A stretch of DNA of 64,000 nt, from NCBI GenBank assembly GCA_031416075.1, contig JANOSY010000073.1, positions 3,822 through 67,821 on the forward strand, in the 5' to 3' direction. The stretch comes from Candidatus Tenderia sp. GTDB lineage: Bacteria > Pseudomonadota > Gammaproteobacteria > Tenderiales > Tenderiaceae. The notes beneath the pieces were generated by a model that saw only the letters and a program-made list of their open reading frames with translations, searched no databases and was not told the DNA's origin. Positions 50,874-61,738 of the stretch are shown piece after piece. How positions within the stretch are numbered: position 1 is the first letter of the stretch; every line of letters begins with the position of its first letter. The position numbers and the translations under genes are program-made.

Positions 50874-51911
50874 TTATACCGCCGTCAGGCAGAGTGCACT
50901 CCGATAACCGCCATCGGAAGAGGCATATACCAGGGTGCTGTTATTGCCCCCTGCTTTTATATCCAGCGTCGCCAGACCGATAGCCACCGGGGCGGAGGCT
51001 GCGCCGATGTCGCCAAAATATTCCGCCGGGCGGTAGATTTTGCAATCAGCGGTGATGCGGTGTTGCAGCCGCTGGCGGGCGACGGTCAACTCCTTGGTGT
51101 AGTGCATCTCGCCATTTTCTGAGCTGTACAGGGCACTGATCATGCCCGCGGTGGCGCTGGTCGCGTGCTGAAAGGCGGTGGCCAGTGCCTCTGCGGTGTA
51201 GGGGGCGCTCCCCAGCAGGTGGCCTGGTTCATAGACGGTGGCGGGCAGGTGCAGCACCAGCTGGCTGTTGGCACGTACCGCCGCGGGGGCGTGGGGGGAG
51301 GTCAGGAGCAGAAACCCAGCCCCTTCCCCCGGTACAAAACCATCAAAATTGCCGTTACCGCTCAGCCGTCTGGTGTCACCCAGTATGCCGAGTGTGCGGA
51401 GGTCATAAAAGCTGTCGATGCCCCCCACCAGGGCATAGTGTGCGTCGGTGGCACTGAAAAACTTAAGGGCGGTGGCAATCGCTTCGATCGACCCGGCACG
51501 CCCCAGGCTGATGCAGCGGCTGTTGCCAATATCCAGCATGACACCGGTGGCCTTGGCCAGATGGTTAAGAAAACCCTGGTTGAGGGCGGTGTGTCCATAA
51601 TAAGGTTCGGGACCGGCGAGAAAGAGTGGCAGGGGGACGTTGGGCAGTTGTGGTGCCAGATCGGCCAGTGCAAACGCCGCCAGTCTGAGCAGGCGGATGT
51701 GGGGGGGCGACATGCCTGGCAGCCTATCGGGGAGGCGGATTTTCAAGGCCCCCTCCGGCACCGGTGAAAACTGGATGGGCGGCTCATCTCCACCGGCCAG
51801 GGGGCAGTACTGGTAACTGCTGATGCCTGCATCGATGGCTGTCTTGACCATCACTGGATCGGCCCCCAGGGGGGTCAACATGCTCACGCCACTCAGGTAT
51901 AGCTGCGTCAT
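50874..51911 (-). CDS. Beta-ketoacyl-synthase-like (thiolase-fold) protein, the PA0098-type T6SS-associated KAS-like protein.
   Basis: Condensing-enzyme-like fold with an N-terminal ...LYLSGVSMLTPLGA and a GGxDS region. Its position between the DUF2169/helical protein and the PAAR-like gene mirrors the P. aeruginosa vgrG1b locus. Confidence 0.6.
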   Translation of the reverse strand: MTQLYLSGVSMLTPLGADPVMVKTAIDAGISSYQYCPLAGGDEPPIQFSPVPEGALKIRLPDRLPGMSPPHIRLLRLAAFALADLAPQLPNVPLPLFLAGPEPYYGHTALNQGFLNHLAKATGVMLDIGNSRCISLGRAGSIEAIATALKFFSATDAHYALVGGIDSFYDLRTLGILGDTRRLSGNGNFDGFVPGEGAGFLLLTSPHAPAAVRANSQLVLHLPATVYEPGHLLGSAPYTAEALATAFQHATSATAGMISALYSSENGEMHYTKELTVARQRLQHRITADCKIYRPAEYFGDIGAASAPVAIGLATLDIKAGGNNSTLVYASSDGGYRSALCLTAV

Positions 51912-53191
51912 TGCCCTCTCCTTTGGTAGAGTGTCGCCTTGGCGTTTGGGTAGGCGGCGGCAGGTGCCAGCAGGGCCAGCTCAATGGCGGCGGCCATCCT
52001 GTGGCGCTGCCGTCCGCGCATCAGGATGTACTGAAGCCACTCCGGTTGCGGTGGCCGCCCCAGCAGATAACGCTCCCCTTTATTAAAGTGCTGGCCTATC
52101 TGTTGCCAATGCTGCTGGACTTTGTCTGCGTCTGGCTGGGGCAGGTTGGTATCTTCAGCAAAAATGGGGGATACATCCTCCATCACTGTCTCATCCAGGG
52201 TTTCATTTAGGGGTTCATCAGGCTCAACTGGCGACGGGGCAGTCAGAGACATCTGCAACAGATCAACACCGGTGATGGTGCTGAACGCCGCCCCTGCCGC
52301 CTTGGCGTACTGCGGCAGCTGCATACGCCCCAAGAGCCACTCCATCCCCAGGGGGTCGCCATGGGTGGCCACGGCGGTCATCGCCTGCCGTGTCTGCTCC
52401 GGGGCCAGTATCAAGCCGTTTAACCATGACCAGAGTGGGGTGTTACGTTTCTGCCGGAAGACCAGATCAATCGCGGCGGCCTGCCAGGGGCCGGGCTGCA
52501 TCACGTAAGGTTCAAGGCCCGCCAGTGCACCCTGCTCCCCCAGCAGCAGGGCTGACCAGCCGCCCCAAAAGGCGATGGCCGGTTCGCTACTGCGCTGGGC
52601 ATCCATCAGTCGCGGCAGCAGATCGTGACGTTTGATTTCGCCCGCCAGCCGTAACATCCGGCTATACAGGGGGATGTTTGCCACTGCCTGTTCGTTGTTA
52701 AACAACATATCTAAATAGTGAAGCGGGTCCAGACGCCGGACACTACAGGTGGCGATGGCAAGATAGTGGTACATCCCGTCCGAGTCCCCTATCCATAGCT
52801 TTAACCAGGGGTAGATACACGCCTCCGGCAGCCAGCCCAGGGCCGATACCAATCCTTTAAGTGTCTCGCTGTTCTCCGTGCCGATCGCCAGTGCCGTCTC
52901 TATGTTGCCTTGATCGTGGCTGCTGAATGCCAACATCGCCAGAACAAAACATTCACCGCCCTCTTTAAACTCCGCCGCTTGCAGGGCGTACCCCCACGCC
53001 GCTGTCGGCGCAGCCATCAACCCCTTGAGATGGGCGTTAATACGGTGCTCCAGTTTTTCAATGGTGGCGGCCGTAGGGTCTGTGCCATCGCAGGCCTGGG
53101 CGCGCAACATCCAGAGAAACGCGGCGTCGCTGGCGTGCTGTTCAATCACATAGCTAAACAGCGCTGTTTTATCGATAAGCAGATTCACCAT
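51908..53191 (-). CDS. Hypothetical 427-aa alpha-helical protein (TIGR02270-like / HEAT-like), T6SS-effector-module associated.
   Basis: Helical repeat-like composition with no catalytic motif. Translationally coupled to DUF2169 upstream and the KAS-like gene downstream. Confidence 0.45.
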   Translation of the reverse strand: MVNLLIDKTALFSYVIEQHASDAAFLWMLRAQACDGTDPTAATIEKLEHRINAHLKGLMAAPTAAWGYALQAAEFKEGGECFVLAMLAFSSHDQGNIETALAIGTENSETLKGLVSALGWLPEACIYPWLKLWIGDSDGMYHYLAIATCSVRRLDPLHYLDMLFNNEQAVANIPLYSRMLRLAGEIKRHDLLPRLMDAQRSSEPAIAFWGGWSALLLGEQGALAGLEPYVMQPGPWQAAAIDLVFRQKRNTPLWSWLNGLILAPEQTRQAMTAVATHGDPLGMEWLLGRMQLPQYAKAAGAAFSTITGVDLLQMSLTAPSPVEPDEPLNETLDETVMEDVSPIFAEDTNLPQPDADKVQQHWQQIGQHFNKGERYLLGRPPQPEWLQYILMRGRQRHRMAAAIELALLAPAAAYPNAKATLYQRRGQ

Positions 53192-53195
53192 GGTT

Positions 53196-54191
53196 TCAAC
53201 GCCGAAGATAGAGCGCGATGGTGCGGATCAGGGGGAAAAGATTGCTGCATGGGTAACAGGCCTTCCAGGTGAACGAGAGCTGCATAGTATTCAGGTCGAT
53301 GATGACGGTCTCCATCACAAAGTACAGCGCCTGCTGCGGCTGCCGGATGGCTTGAACATTACCCGCCAGGCCGACCCGTGGTAACAGAAACTGGATCACA
53401 CCAGAGGGGTGCATGTTATTGAGCACCACCTCTTCTCCACCGGTCAGGGGGCTTTTGCATATTAGCCCCTCTGGCGCAGCGTTTTGAAAACGCGGCTGGT
53501 AATCCAGCGGTAGATAGGGTGCCCGGCTGCGCTGCCACGACTCATCATAGGTACCGGCATAGTCAGCACGGGGTGACCAGTGTGGTGCAATGAAACCAGA
53601 CCCCGCAGGGGCGGGCTGGTCATTGAGCTGCTGGATCAGCGCAGCTGGATCTTCAATATTAGGCAGTGGCTGTCCCTCCATCGCCGCCGCTGAGCGCCCC
53701 CCACAATACCCTTTGCCAACCGGGTTTCTCGGCTCCAGGCTGATCAATATATCCTCCACCCGCACCTCGCCACCAAAGGCGTTTTCATAACAGATGGGCA
53801 TCTCGGTAAAGGCCTCTGGCGGGGTGATGCGCCCCTGTCGCCAGAACCGGTCGCCAAATACCCGCAGGCTCTTCTTGCAGGGGCCAATGGCGAGGGCGAC
53901 GTCCAGTTGTCGCACCGCCTTACCCACCGCTGCCCAGGCGCTGCCCAACACCGCAATGTCAGTCCCCCGCTTGCCGGGATGTACATCACTGGGGTATTTA
54001 AGGCTCGACTGCCCAGGTGCCCCCCAATAGATATCCTCACCCACTGGCGCGGGCTGCGGCTGGCTTAATATCCACTCTGGCCCGATATCAAAGGTCGCTT
54101 TAACGTTGACGTACAGGGTATCTATCCCCTGTTCATTAGGTAGCAATACATAGTGGGCCGCAAAAGGGGTACTGTTCTTTAACGCTAACAT
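53196..54191 (-). CDS. DUF2169-domain protein, a T6SS-associated adaptor family.
   Basis: N-terminus MLALKNSTPFAAHYVLLPNEQGIDTLYVNVKATFDI matches the DUF2169 opening (PF...D.L.V.VKATF), from recall. First gene of the six-gene minus-strand island. Confidence 0.55.
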   Translation of the reverse strand: MLALKNSTPFAAHYVLLPNEQGIDTLYVNVKATFDIGPEWILSQPQPAPVGEDIYWGAPGQSSLKYPSDVHPGKRGTDIAVLGSAWAAVGKAVRQLDVALAIGPCKKSLRVFGDRFWRQGRITPPEAFTEMPICYENAFGGEVRVEDILISLEPRNPVGKGYCGGRSAAAMEGQPLPNIEDPAALIQQLNDQPAPAGSGFIAPHWSPRADYAGTYDESWQRSRAPYLPLDYQPRFQNAAPEGLICKSPLTGGEEVVLNNMHPSGVIQFLLPRVGLAGNVQAIRQPQQALYFVMETVIIDLNTMQLSFTWKACYPCSNLFPLIRTIALYLRR

Positions 54192-54409
54192 TCCGTTGAG
54201 CCTTCTCTCCTGTGGCGGGTAGTATTACCTATCCAGCCGTTTGTTTGCCACATTTCAAAAAACCAAATGGCGCGGCGGCGTTACTATTCCCCAGCGGTCA
54301 ATCGTCTCTCACTAAAGAGTCTGGTACTCTTCACCCCATCTATTAACCTGTTAAATAAGTAACACCAACAGAGCCTGCCACACGCTCAGGCGATATCTGC
54401 GAGGTAAAT

Positions 54410-55750
54410 ATGGAAAAAATCGATACCCTGATTCAAGGACGCTGGGTGATTCCTGTAGAACCACAAGAGGTTGTACATGAGCACCACGCCATTGCAATTC
54501 GCGATGGCCGCGTCATCGACATCCTGCCCACCGCCGTGGCGACACAAAAATATCAGTCCACTACCACACACCACTTTGAAAACCACGCCCTGCTGCCGGG
54601 CATGATCAATACCCATACCCATGCGGCCATGTCACTCTTCCGTGGTCTAGCCGACGATCTACCGCTGATGGAGTGGCTCAACAACCACATCTGGCCCGCA
54701 GAGTCGACCTGGGTGAGCCGTGAGTTTGTGCGGGACGGCAGCCGTCTGGCCATCGCTGAGATGTTGCGCGGCGGTACCACCTGTTTCAACGATATGTACT
54801 TCTTTCCTGATGAGACCGCTCGGGTAGCGGCTGAGGCCCACATCCGCGCCACTGTCGGCATGATTCTGATCGACTTCCCAACGGTCTGGGCCAGCAACGC
54901 CGATGAATATATCCACAAAGGGTTGGCACTGCACGATGAGTATCGCCACCACCCACTGATCCGCACCGCCTTTGCACCACACGCCCCCTATACCGTCTCC
55001 AATGCGCCGCTAGAGCGGGTACGGGTTCTAGCGGAAGAGCTGGACATCCCCATCCATATCCATCTGCACGAAACGGCCGATGAGGTAAGTGGCAGCCTTA
55101 AACAGTACCAACTGCGCCCTATGGCACGATTAGAACAGCTTGGTCTGCTCTCACCACGACTGCTGGCAGTGCACATGACCCAGCTCACCGAGAGTGAAAT
55201 CAGCCGTCTCGCCCAGGCCGGCGGCCATGTGATCCACTGCCCGGAGTCCAATCTCAAACTGGCCAGTGGTTTCTGCCCGTTGGCCAAGTTGCTCAAGGCC
55301 GGTATCAACGTGGCCATCGGCACGGACGGTGCCGCCAGCAATAACGATCTGGATATGTTTAGCGAGATGCGTAGCGCCGCCTTGCTAGCCAAGGCAGTAG
55401 CCCAGGACGCCAGTGCCGTGCCTGCCGCAACCGCCTTAAGCATGGCCACCCTCAATGGTGCCAAAGCATTGGGCATTGATAATGAGGTGGGGTCGTTAGT
55501 GGTAGGTAAAGCCGCTGATGTTATCGCCGTCGACCTCGGCCAGCTGGAGAGCCTGCCCATCTACAACCCCATCTCACAACTGGTCTACGCTACCAGCCGT
55601 GACCGTGTCAGCGACGTCTGGATCGGCGGCAAGCAGGTGGTCAGGAGTGGTACACTGACGACCCTGGACGGCCCCGCCATCCAGCGCCGCGCCCGTGAAT
55701 GGGGGGCAAAAATTAACGCTGAAAATCATAAACTAAACCACAGTAGTTAA
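54410..55750 (+). CDS. mtaD: 5-methylthioadenosine/S-adenosylhomocysteine deaminase (amidohydrolase, TRZ/ATZ family).
   Basis: [30 protein letters not shown] metal-binding HxH motif and amidohydrolase fold. Conserved synteny upstream of ubiG. Confidence 0.8.
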   Translation: MEKIDTLIQGRWVIPVEPQEVVHEHHAIAIRDGRVIDILPTAVATQKYQSTTTHHFENHALLPGMINTHTHAAMSLFRGLADDLPLMEWLNNHIWPAESTWVSREFVRDGSRLAIAEMLRGGTTCFNDMYFFPDETARVAAEAHIRATVGMILIDFPTVWASNADEYIHKGLALHDEYRHHPLIRTAFAPHAPYTVSNAPLERVRVLAEELDIPIHIHLHETADEVSGSLKQYQLRPMARLEQLGLLSPRLLAVHMTQLTESEISRLAQAGGHVIHCPESNLKLASGFCPLAKLLKAGINVAIGTDGAASNNDLDMFSEMRSAALLAKAVAQDASAVPAATALSMATLNGAKALGIDNEVGSLVVGKAADVIAVDLGQLESLPIYNPISQLVYATSRDRVSDVWIGGKQVVRSGTLTTLDGPAIQRRAREWGAKINAENHKLNHSS

Positions 55751-55761
55751 AGGAATATATT

Positions 55762-56478
55762 ATGACTACCACCCAGCAACGGACCAACGTTGACCCCGCC
55801 GAAGTGAGTAAATTTGAAGCGCTGGCCTCCCGTTGGTGGGACCCGCAAAGCGAGTTCAAGCCGCTGCATGAGATCAACCCACTACGCCTCAACTATATAG
55901 ATGAACGCGCCCACCTCCCCGGCAAAACGGTGCTGGATGTTGGCTGTGGTGGCGGCATTCTGGCCGAGAGCATGGCGCGGCGTGGCGCGCAGGTCACCGG
56001 TATCGATGCGGGGCAGGCCCCCCTGACCGTGGCAAAACTGCACGCCCTTGAGTCCGGCATCCAGGTCCAGTACCGCAACATCACCGCCGAGGATATGGCC
56101 GCAGAAGCGCCCGCTAGCTACGACGTGGTCACCTGCATGGAGATGCTGGAGCATGTACCCGATCCCGCCTCGGTCATCGCCGCCTGCGCCCAGCTGGTAA
56201 AACCGGGCGGTCAGCTCTTTTTCTCCACCATCAACCGTACCCCTAAGGGGTATCTGTTTGCCATTCTTGGCGCTGAGTACCTGTTGCAGATGCTGCCCAA
56301 AGGCACCCATGATTATCACAAGTTCATCCGTCCCCATGAGATGGATAGCTGGATGCGCAGCGCCGGGCTGGAGATGCAGGATATCTGTGGCATGAGTTAC
56401 AACCCGCTCACCCGTCGCTACACCCTTGGCAAACAGATCCAGGTCAACTATCTGATACATGCTGTTAGCCCGCAGTGA
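55762..56478 (+). CDS. ubiG: Bifunctional 2-polyprenyl-6-hydroxyphenol / 3-demethylubiquinol 3-O-methyltransferase.
   Basis: SAM motif [13 protein letters not shown]. The full length aligns with UbiG, including the conserved [16 protein letters not shown] region. Confidence 0.9.
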   Translation: MTTTQQRTNVDPAEVSKFEALASRWWDPQSEFKPLHEINPLRLNYIDERAHLPGKTVLDVGCGGGILAESMARRGAQVTGIDAGQAPLTVAKLHALESGIQVQYRNITAEDMAAEAPASYDVVTCMEMLEHVPDPASVIAACAQLVKPGGQLFFSTINRTPKGYLFAILGAEYLLQMLPKGTHDYHKFIRPHEMDSWMRSAGLEMQDICGMSYNPLTRRYTLGKQIQVNYLIHAVSPQ

Positions 56479-56943
56479 TCAAGATGAATCATCGTCCGAA
56501 ATGGATAGCCCATGACCTACGTCAAGTCCAAACAGCGCGTCGCCGACCTTTGCCGAATGGATTTATCTGGGCAAGGGCAAGTTTCAGCGCCGCGACTTCC
56601 GCTTTGACGTGTTCACTGGTTCGTCGGCCTACAGTCAGGAATAATCGCTTTGCCCACCTCGGCAAACACGAAATATGCATGCCGACGAAGAGCTACCCGC
56701 CGATGACGATGAGCGAGCTGGCCGGTGGCAAAGGGGAATGGCCATGGCGAAAACCAACATGAAAGATGCAACAATAGCTCTTTAATCTCTATTAAATACG
56801 AGGGGTTGGGGTTAAATTATGGCGGATTCGCCACAGTTGGAAACAGGGGTTTCTGATGAGCAAAAACAGCCAGACTACTCATGGAACCATGAGCACCAAA
56901 TAATTTCGGCAACATGCCATAAAAAGATGGAACAGGAGTTGTT

Positions 56944-59049
56944 GTGTCACGACTAACCGATTTGATTGCACAAGCCAAAGCCAAAGACTCCAAACTTGGG
57001 GCAGACCTGGACAGGGAGTTCAAGGTTCTGTCTTCGCGTTTGCCTTTCGGCCTGAATTTCGAGCGGCATAGTCCAGAGGCGGTTGAATTGCCGCTGCGCC
57101 CCATTCGCAAGGGCGACAAGGTGCGGGTGCTGCCGGAGCGCGGTTCGACCAAGAGGGGTGACCAGCGACTGTGGCAGGTCAAGGCCATCTACAAGGCGAG
57201 GAAACTGGCCGATTTGGAACTGCTGGGTGCTGCGAAAGCAGAAACGAAATCTGTGGCGCTTGAGGATATGGTGGTTGTGGCCGAGTTCCGCGACACGATC
57301 TATCCGGGCTTGGTGAGTACAGGAAAAGTGGTTCGTGGCGACGACCAGCCGTTTCACTCGGTCATCAATGGCGAGAACTACCATGTGCTGAAGGCGCTGA
57401 CCTATACCCACCGGGGCAAAGTGGACGCCATCTACATCGACCCACCGTACAACACAGGCGCGAAAGATTGGAAATACAACAACGACTACGTCGAGGGGGA
57501 CGACCTTTATCGGCACAGCAAGTGGCTAGCGATGATGGAGCGGCGCTTGCTTGTGGCCAAGGAATTGCTGAATCCTTCGGATTCGGTGCTGATCGTCACC
57601 ATAGATGAAAAGGAATACATGAGGCTTGGGCTGTTGCTCGAACAGACATTTCCTGAGGCGCGGATTCAGATGGTGAGTTCTGTCATCAACCCCAAAGGTG
57701 TTCCTCGAGATGGATTTTCCCGTGTGGACGAATACATCTTCGTTGCACAATTTGGTTCGTCGGAGATTGTTGGTGACATCAAAGAAGGAAGTGGAGGCAC
57801 GGAAGTTCGTTGGCGCGGTCTGACAAGAACGGGTGCAAACGGCATCCGCAGTAAGTCACCCGGCGCGTTCTATCCAATTTTTTTCAACAAGGCCGGCATG
57901 ATTATCGATGTTGGCGATGCTCTGCCAATCGAGCACGACGCAAGCTCCGTGCCCCCCCGAAAGGGGGTAATTGCCGTGTGGCCTACACCTCGTCCCGATG
58001 GGGAGGATGGGCGATGGTCCGTCGTTCCCGAGCGATTGAGGGAATTAATCAAGATTGGGGCGGTCAGAGTCGGACGCGTAAAGCCCGACGAAGGGCAATT
58101 CCCAATCTTCTACCTCACATCCGAACAGCTTGCGGCAATCGAGTCGGGAAAACTGGAGGTACGAGGTAAATCTCAAAAGGGCGTACTGCAAGTCTTCTTC
58201 CGTGAGGATGGAGGACGGGTTTCCTCGCCTCGAACCGTGTGGGATAAGGTAAGTCATAGCGCGAGTGAACATGGTTCTGGCCTGCTGAAGGCATTGCTCC
58301 CTGGGCGCAAGTTCCCATATCCAAAATCGCTCTATGCGGTTGAGGACGTGCTTCGGCTTGCCGTTCGAGATAAGCCCGAAGCTGTCATCCTCGATTTCTT
58401 TTCCGGCTCTGGCACCACCGCCCATGCCGTCATGCGCCTAAACCGACAGGATAGCGGAAACCGTCAATGCATTTCCGTCACCAACAACGAAGTCGCCGCT
58501 GATGAGCAGAAAGCGTTGCGCGAACAAGGCTTGCGCCCCGGCGACGCCGAGTGGGAAAAGCACGGCATCTGCGACTACATCACCAAGCCGCGTGTGGCTG
58601 CCGCGATCACTGGCAAAACACAGGACGGCGAACCGATCAAGGGCGACTACAAGTTCACCGATGAATTCCCGATGGCCGAGGGCTTTGAGGAAAACGCCGA
58701 GTTTTTTACCCTGACCTATGAGGCCAAGGACGCGGTCAACCATAATCTCGCCTATGCCCGCATTGCTCCAATGCTGTGGTTGCGTGCAGGTGCGCGCGGC
58801 AAGCGCATCGACAAGCTGCCTGCCGATGGCTGGGCAGTGGCCGACACCTATGGTCTGCTGACCGAAGTGGACAGAGCCACGCCATTCATCAAGGCGGTGA
58901 AAAAGGGCAAAGCGTTGCGCGTCGCCTATATCGTCACCGACGACGACCGCCGCTTTCAGGCCATCGCCAAGCGATTGCCCGATGGCGTGGAGCCGGTGCG
59001 CCTGTACGAGTCCTACCTGACCAATTTCAGTTTTACTAACGGGGAATAA
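56944..59049 (+). CDS. mod: Type III restriction-modification system methyltransferase (Mod; N6-adenine, DPPY family) with an N-terminal extension of about 150 aa.
   Basis: Motif X/IV ENYHVLKALTYTHRGKVDAIYIDPPYNTG, and an AdoMet motif FFSGSGTTAHAV later in the sequence. Immediately followed by a helicase-type Res gene. Confidence 0.8.
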   Translation: MSRLTDLIAQAKAKDSKLGADLDREFKVLSSRLPFGLNFERHSPEAVELPLRPIRKGDKVRVLPERGSTKRGDQRLWQVKAIYKARKLADLELLGAAKAETKSVALEDMVVVAEFRDTIYPGLVSTGKVVRGDDQPFHSVINGENYHVLKALTYTHRGKVDAIYIDPPYNTGAKDWKYNNDYVEGDDLYRHSKWLAMMERRLLVAKELLNPSDSVLIVTIDEKEYMRLGLLLEQTFPEARIQMVSSVINPKGVPRDGFSRVDEYIFVAQFGSSEIVGDIKEGSGGTEVRWRGLTRTGANGIRSKSPGAFYPIFFNKAGMIIDVGDALPIEHDASSVPPRKGVIAVWPTPRPDGEDGRWSVVPERLRELIKIGAVRVGRVKPDEGQFPIFYLTSEQLAAIESGKLEVRGKSQKGVLQVFFREDGGRVSSPRTVWDKVSHSASEHGSGLLKALLPGRKFPYPKSLYAVEDVLRLAVRDKPEAVILDFFSGSGTTAHAVMRLNRQDSGNRQCISVTNNEVAADEQKALREQGLRPGDAEWEKHGICDYITKPRVAAAITGKTQDGEPIKGDYKFTDEFPMAEGFEENAEFFTLTYEAKDAVNHNLAYARIAPMLWLRAGARGKRIDKLPADGWAVADTYGLLTEVDRATPFIKAVKKGKALRVAYIVTDDDRRFQAIAKRLPDGVEPVRLYESYLTNFSFTNGE

Positions 59050-59052
59050 AGC

Positions 59053-61644
59053 ATGAAGTTCACCCTCAAAGACTACCAACGGGACGCTGTGCGCGATGCA
59101 TTGGCCAATATCAGAAAAGGGCATCGCCTTTGGCACGCTGAGTCCGACAAGACTGCGTTTTCCCTGACCGCTGTAACGGGTGCGGGTAAAACAGTGATGG
59201 CCGCCGCCGCATTCGAGGCGCTATTCCATGGTGATGACGAATTTGATTTCGATGCTGACCCCGGCGCAGTGGTGATCTGGTTCAGTGATGATCCTTCGTT
59301 GAACGAGCAGACCCGCTTCCGCCTGATGGAAGCCAGCGACCGCATCAACTACACCGATCTGGTGGTGGTGGAAAACACCTTCAACCGCCCCAGGTTTGAT
59401 GCCGGGAAAATCTATTTCCTTAACACGCAGAAGCTGAGCAAAAACAGCTTGCTGGTTCGCGGCCACGATCAGGAGGAGATGGAGGCCAAGGCCGGTAATC
59501 TGCTGCCGGAAACCCGTCCCGACCTGCGTGCTTACACTATCTGGGACACGATCCAGAACACCATCGAAGACCCTGAGTTGACGCTTTATCTGGTGCTGGA
59601 CGAGGCGCATCGAGGCATGGGCAAGCCGACCACTGCGGCGGAAAACTCAAAAAGCACCATCGTGCAGCGGCTCATCAATGGCTCCGGTAGCGTGCCCGGC
59701 ATCCCTGTGGTATGGGGTATATCGGCGACGGTCGAGCGTTTCAACAAGGCCATTGAGTTTGCAGGCAAGCACATCAAGCTGCCGAACGTGGTGGTGGACG
59801 CCGACAAGGTGCAGGAGTCCGGCCTCATCAAGGACACCATCCTGCTGGATATTCCGGACGAGACCGGTGATTTTGATACCGTACTGGTGCGACGCGCGAC
59901 CGACAAGCTGAAGGACTCGACCGTTGCCTGGAACGAGTATGCCAAGCAACAGCAGGAGGCGCGCGTTGTTGTTCCGCTGATGGTGTTGCAGGTACCCAAT
60001 ACACCCGACCCGAACGAGATCGGTCGCGCGCTGGATACCATCTTCCAGCGTTACCCCGAGTTGCCTGCGGCCAGCGTGGCACATGTGTTCGGCGACCACA
60101 CCACACAGCGGTTTGGCAACCGTGATGTGCCCTACATCGAGCCGCAGCGCGTCCAGGAATCCACCTGGGTGCGTGTGCTGATTGCCAAAGATGCCATCAG
60201 CACCGGCTGGGATTGCCCGCGCGCTGAGGTGATGGTCTCTTTCCGTGCCGCCAATGATCGCACCCATATCACCCAGTTGTTGGGACGCATGGTGCGCTCG
60301 CCGTTGGCGCGCCGCATACCCGGCAATGACCGGCTGAATGCAGTGGACTGCCTGCTGCCGAAGTTCAACAAAAAAACCGTAAGGGAAGTGGTAGATGCCT
60401 TGATGTCTGGTGACGACTCAGCGCCACCATCCGGGCGCATCCTTGTCGACTACGTGGAGCTGAAGCCGAACCCGGACGCATCCTCTGCCATATGGGTAGC
60501 ATTCGAGGCATTGCCATCGCAAACCCGTCCGCAGCAAGGCGCGAAACCAGCGAAGCGCTTGACCGCGTTGGCTCACGAGTTGGCGTCTGATGACATTCTC
60601 ACAGGCGCAGGCAGGCTGGCCCATGGCGAGATGCACAAAGCGCTGGATGCCTTTCAGGAAAGCCAGCAGGAGAAGATCGAGGCCAAGCGCAAGTCAGTAA
60701 TGACGGTAGAGGGCAAGACCGTGATCGCCGACCTGAAGGGCAAGGAAAAGAGCTTCGATGAATTCTGGGAAGACGCCGACATGGCGGTGATTGACGATGC
60801 CTACCGGCGTGCAGCACGCGTTTTCAGTCCGGACATTGCACGCACCTATGTCGATCATCTGGCACAGAAGGTTGCCAGCATGGACGACGACCCGGAGGAA
60901 TATCTGGAGGCCATCGTTGAGGCGCGTGTCACTGTCGCGGGCTTGGGCCTGGTTACGGAGGTGCAGGGCTACTTTGATGCGGAAGCCGACAAGCTGGCAA
61001 AAGCATGGATCGCGAAGTATGCGCCGCAGGTCAAGCTGCTGACCGACGACCGCAAAGAGTCCTACCGGCAGATCATCGAAATGAGCACCGAGCCGCAAAG
61101 CGTGGATTTGGCCAAACCCGAATCGCGCTATGAGGCAACCAAGGCGCGTGAAAAGGATAAGGAGATTGTTTTATCGACATGGAAAAACCATCTGCTTTGC
61201 GACAAGGATGGAAAGTACCCTGCCGAACTGAACGAGTGGGAGCGTACGGTTGTCGAGACCGAGACCAAACGTACCGGCTTCCGCTTCTGGTACCGCAATC
61301 CGCAGCAGCCGGGACAATCTTCGCTGGGCATCGCCTATATCGAGAATGAAGAATACAAAATCGTCCGCCCGGACTTTCTTTTCTTCGCCGAGCAGGACGG
61401 CAAGGTGGTGGTGGATCTGGTTGACCCGCACGGCTTGCATCTCGCTGACGCATTGACCAAGCTGCAAGGTTTGGCGTTATACGCCGAGAAGCATGCCAAG
61501 GCATATCGTCGTATCGAGTCCATTGCACAGGCAAAGGGGAAACTGCGCGCGCTTGATTTGACTAACGAGGATGTGCGCAAGGGTATTGCCGCAGCAACAA
61601 GCGCGGAGGGCCTCTTTTGTGGGATGTTGGCAAGAGACTACTGA
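59053..61644 (+). CDS. res: Type III restriction enzyme Res subunit (SF2 helicase-nuclease).
   Basis: Walker A AVTGAGKTVMAAA, DEAH box LVLDEAHRGM, and further helicase motifs (ISATVERF, QLLGRMVRSP). Starts 3 nt after the mod stop. Confidence 0.8.
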   Translation: MKFTLKDYQRDAVRDALANIRKGHRLWHAESDKTAFSLTAVTGAGKTVMAAAAFEALFHGDDEFDFDADPGAVVIWFSDDPSLNEQTRFRLMEASDRINYTDLVVVENTFNRPRFDAGKIYFLNTQKLSKNSLLVRGHDQEEMEAKAGNLLPETRPDLRAYTIWDTIQNTIEDPELTLYLVLDEAHRGMGKPTTAAENSKSTIVQRLINGSGSVPGIPVVWGISATVERFNKAIEFAGKHIKLPNVVVDADKVQESGLIKDTILLDIPDETGDFDTVLVRRATDKLKDSTVAWNEYAKQQQEARVVVPLMVLQVPNTPDPNEIGRALDTIFQRYPELPAASVAHVFGDHTTQRFGNRDVPYIEPQRVQESTWVRVLIAKDAISTGWDCPRAEVMVSFRAANDRTHITQLLGRMVRSPLARRIPGNDRLNAVDCLLPKFNKKTVREVVDALMSGDDSAPPSGRILVDYVELKPNPDASSAIWVAFEALPSQTRPQQGAKPAKRLTALAHELASDDILTGAGRLAHGEMHKALDAFQESQQEKIEAKRKSVMTVEGKTVIADLKGKEKSFDEFWEDADMAVIDDAYRRAARVFSPDIARTYVDHLAQKVASMDDDPEEYLEAIVEARVTVAGLGLVTEVQGYFDAEADKLAKAWIAKYAPQVKLLTDDRKESYRQIIEMSTEPQSVDLAKPESRYEATKAREKDKEIVLSTWKNHLLCDKDGKYPAELNEWERTVVETETKRTGFRFWYRNPQQPGQSSLGIAYIENEEYKIVRPDFLFFAEQDGKVVVDLVDPHGLHLADALTKLQGLALYAEKHAKAYRRIESIAQAKGKLRALDLTNEDVRKGIAAATSAEGLFCGMLARDY

Positions 61645-61738
61645 ATCTTCTGGCATCTCTTCGCAGTGGTCGTCGATCTTGATGCTGTGCAATCTCAAGT
61701 CGCCCGAGATCTATTTTCAGGCACTGAATTTACCACCT

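Noticed and set aside
56479-56943. 95-aa ORF (56475..56762) in the left flank of the RM islet.
   Set aside because: It has no motifs or RBS, overlaps the ubiG stop, and shows a composition shift. More likely non-coding or a gene remnant; it is kept only as part of the islet-junction finding.
59647-60267. 206-aa minus-strand ORF inside the res gene, plus other antisense ORFs between 59073 and 61700.
   Set aside because: Antisense to a gene with clear helicase motifs; no independent support.
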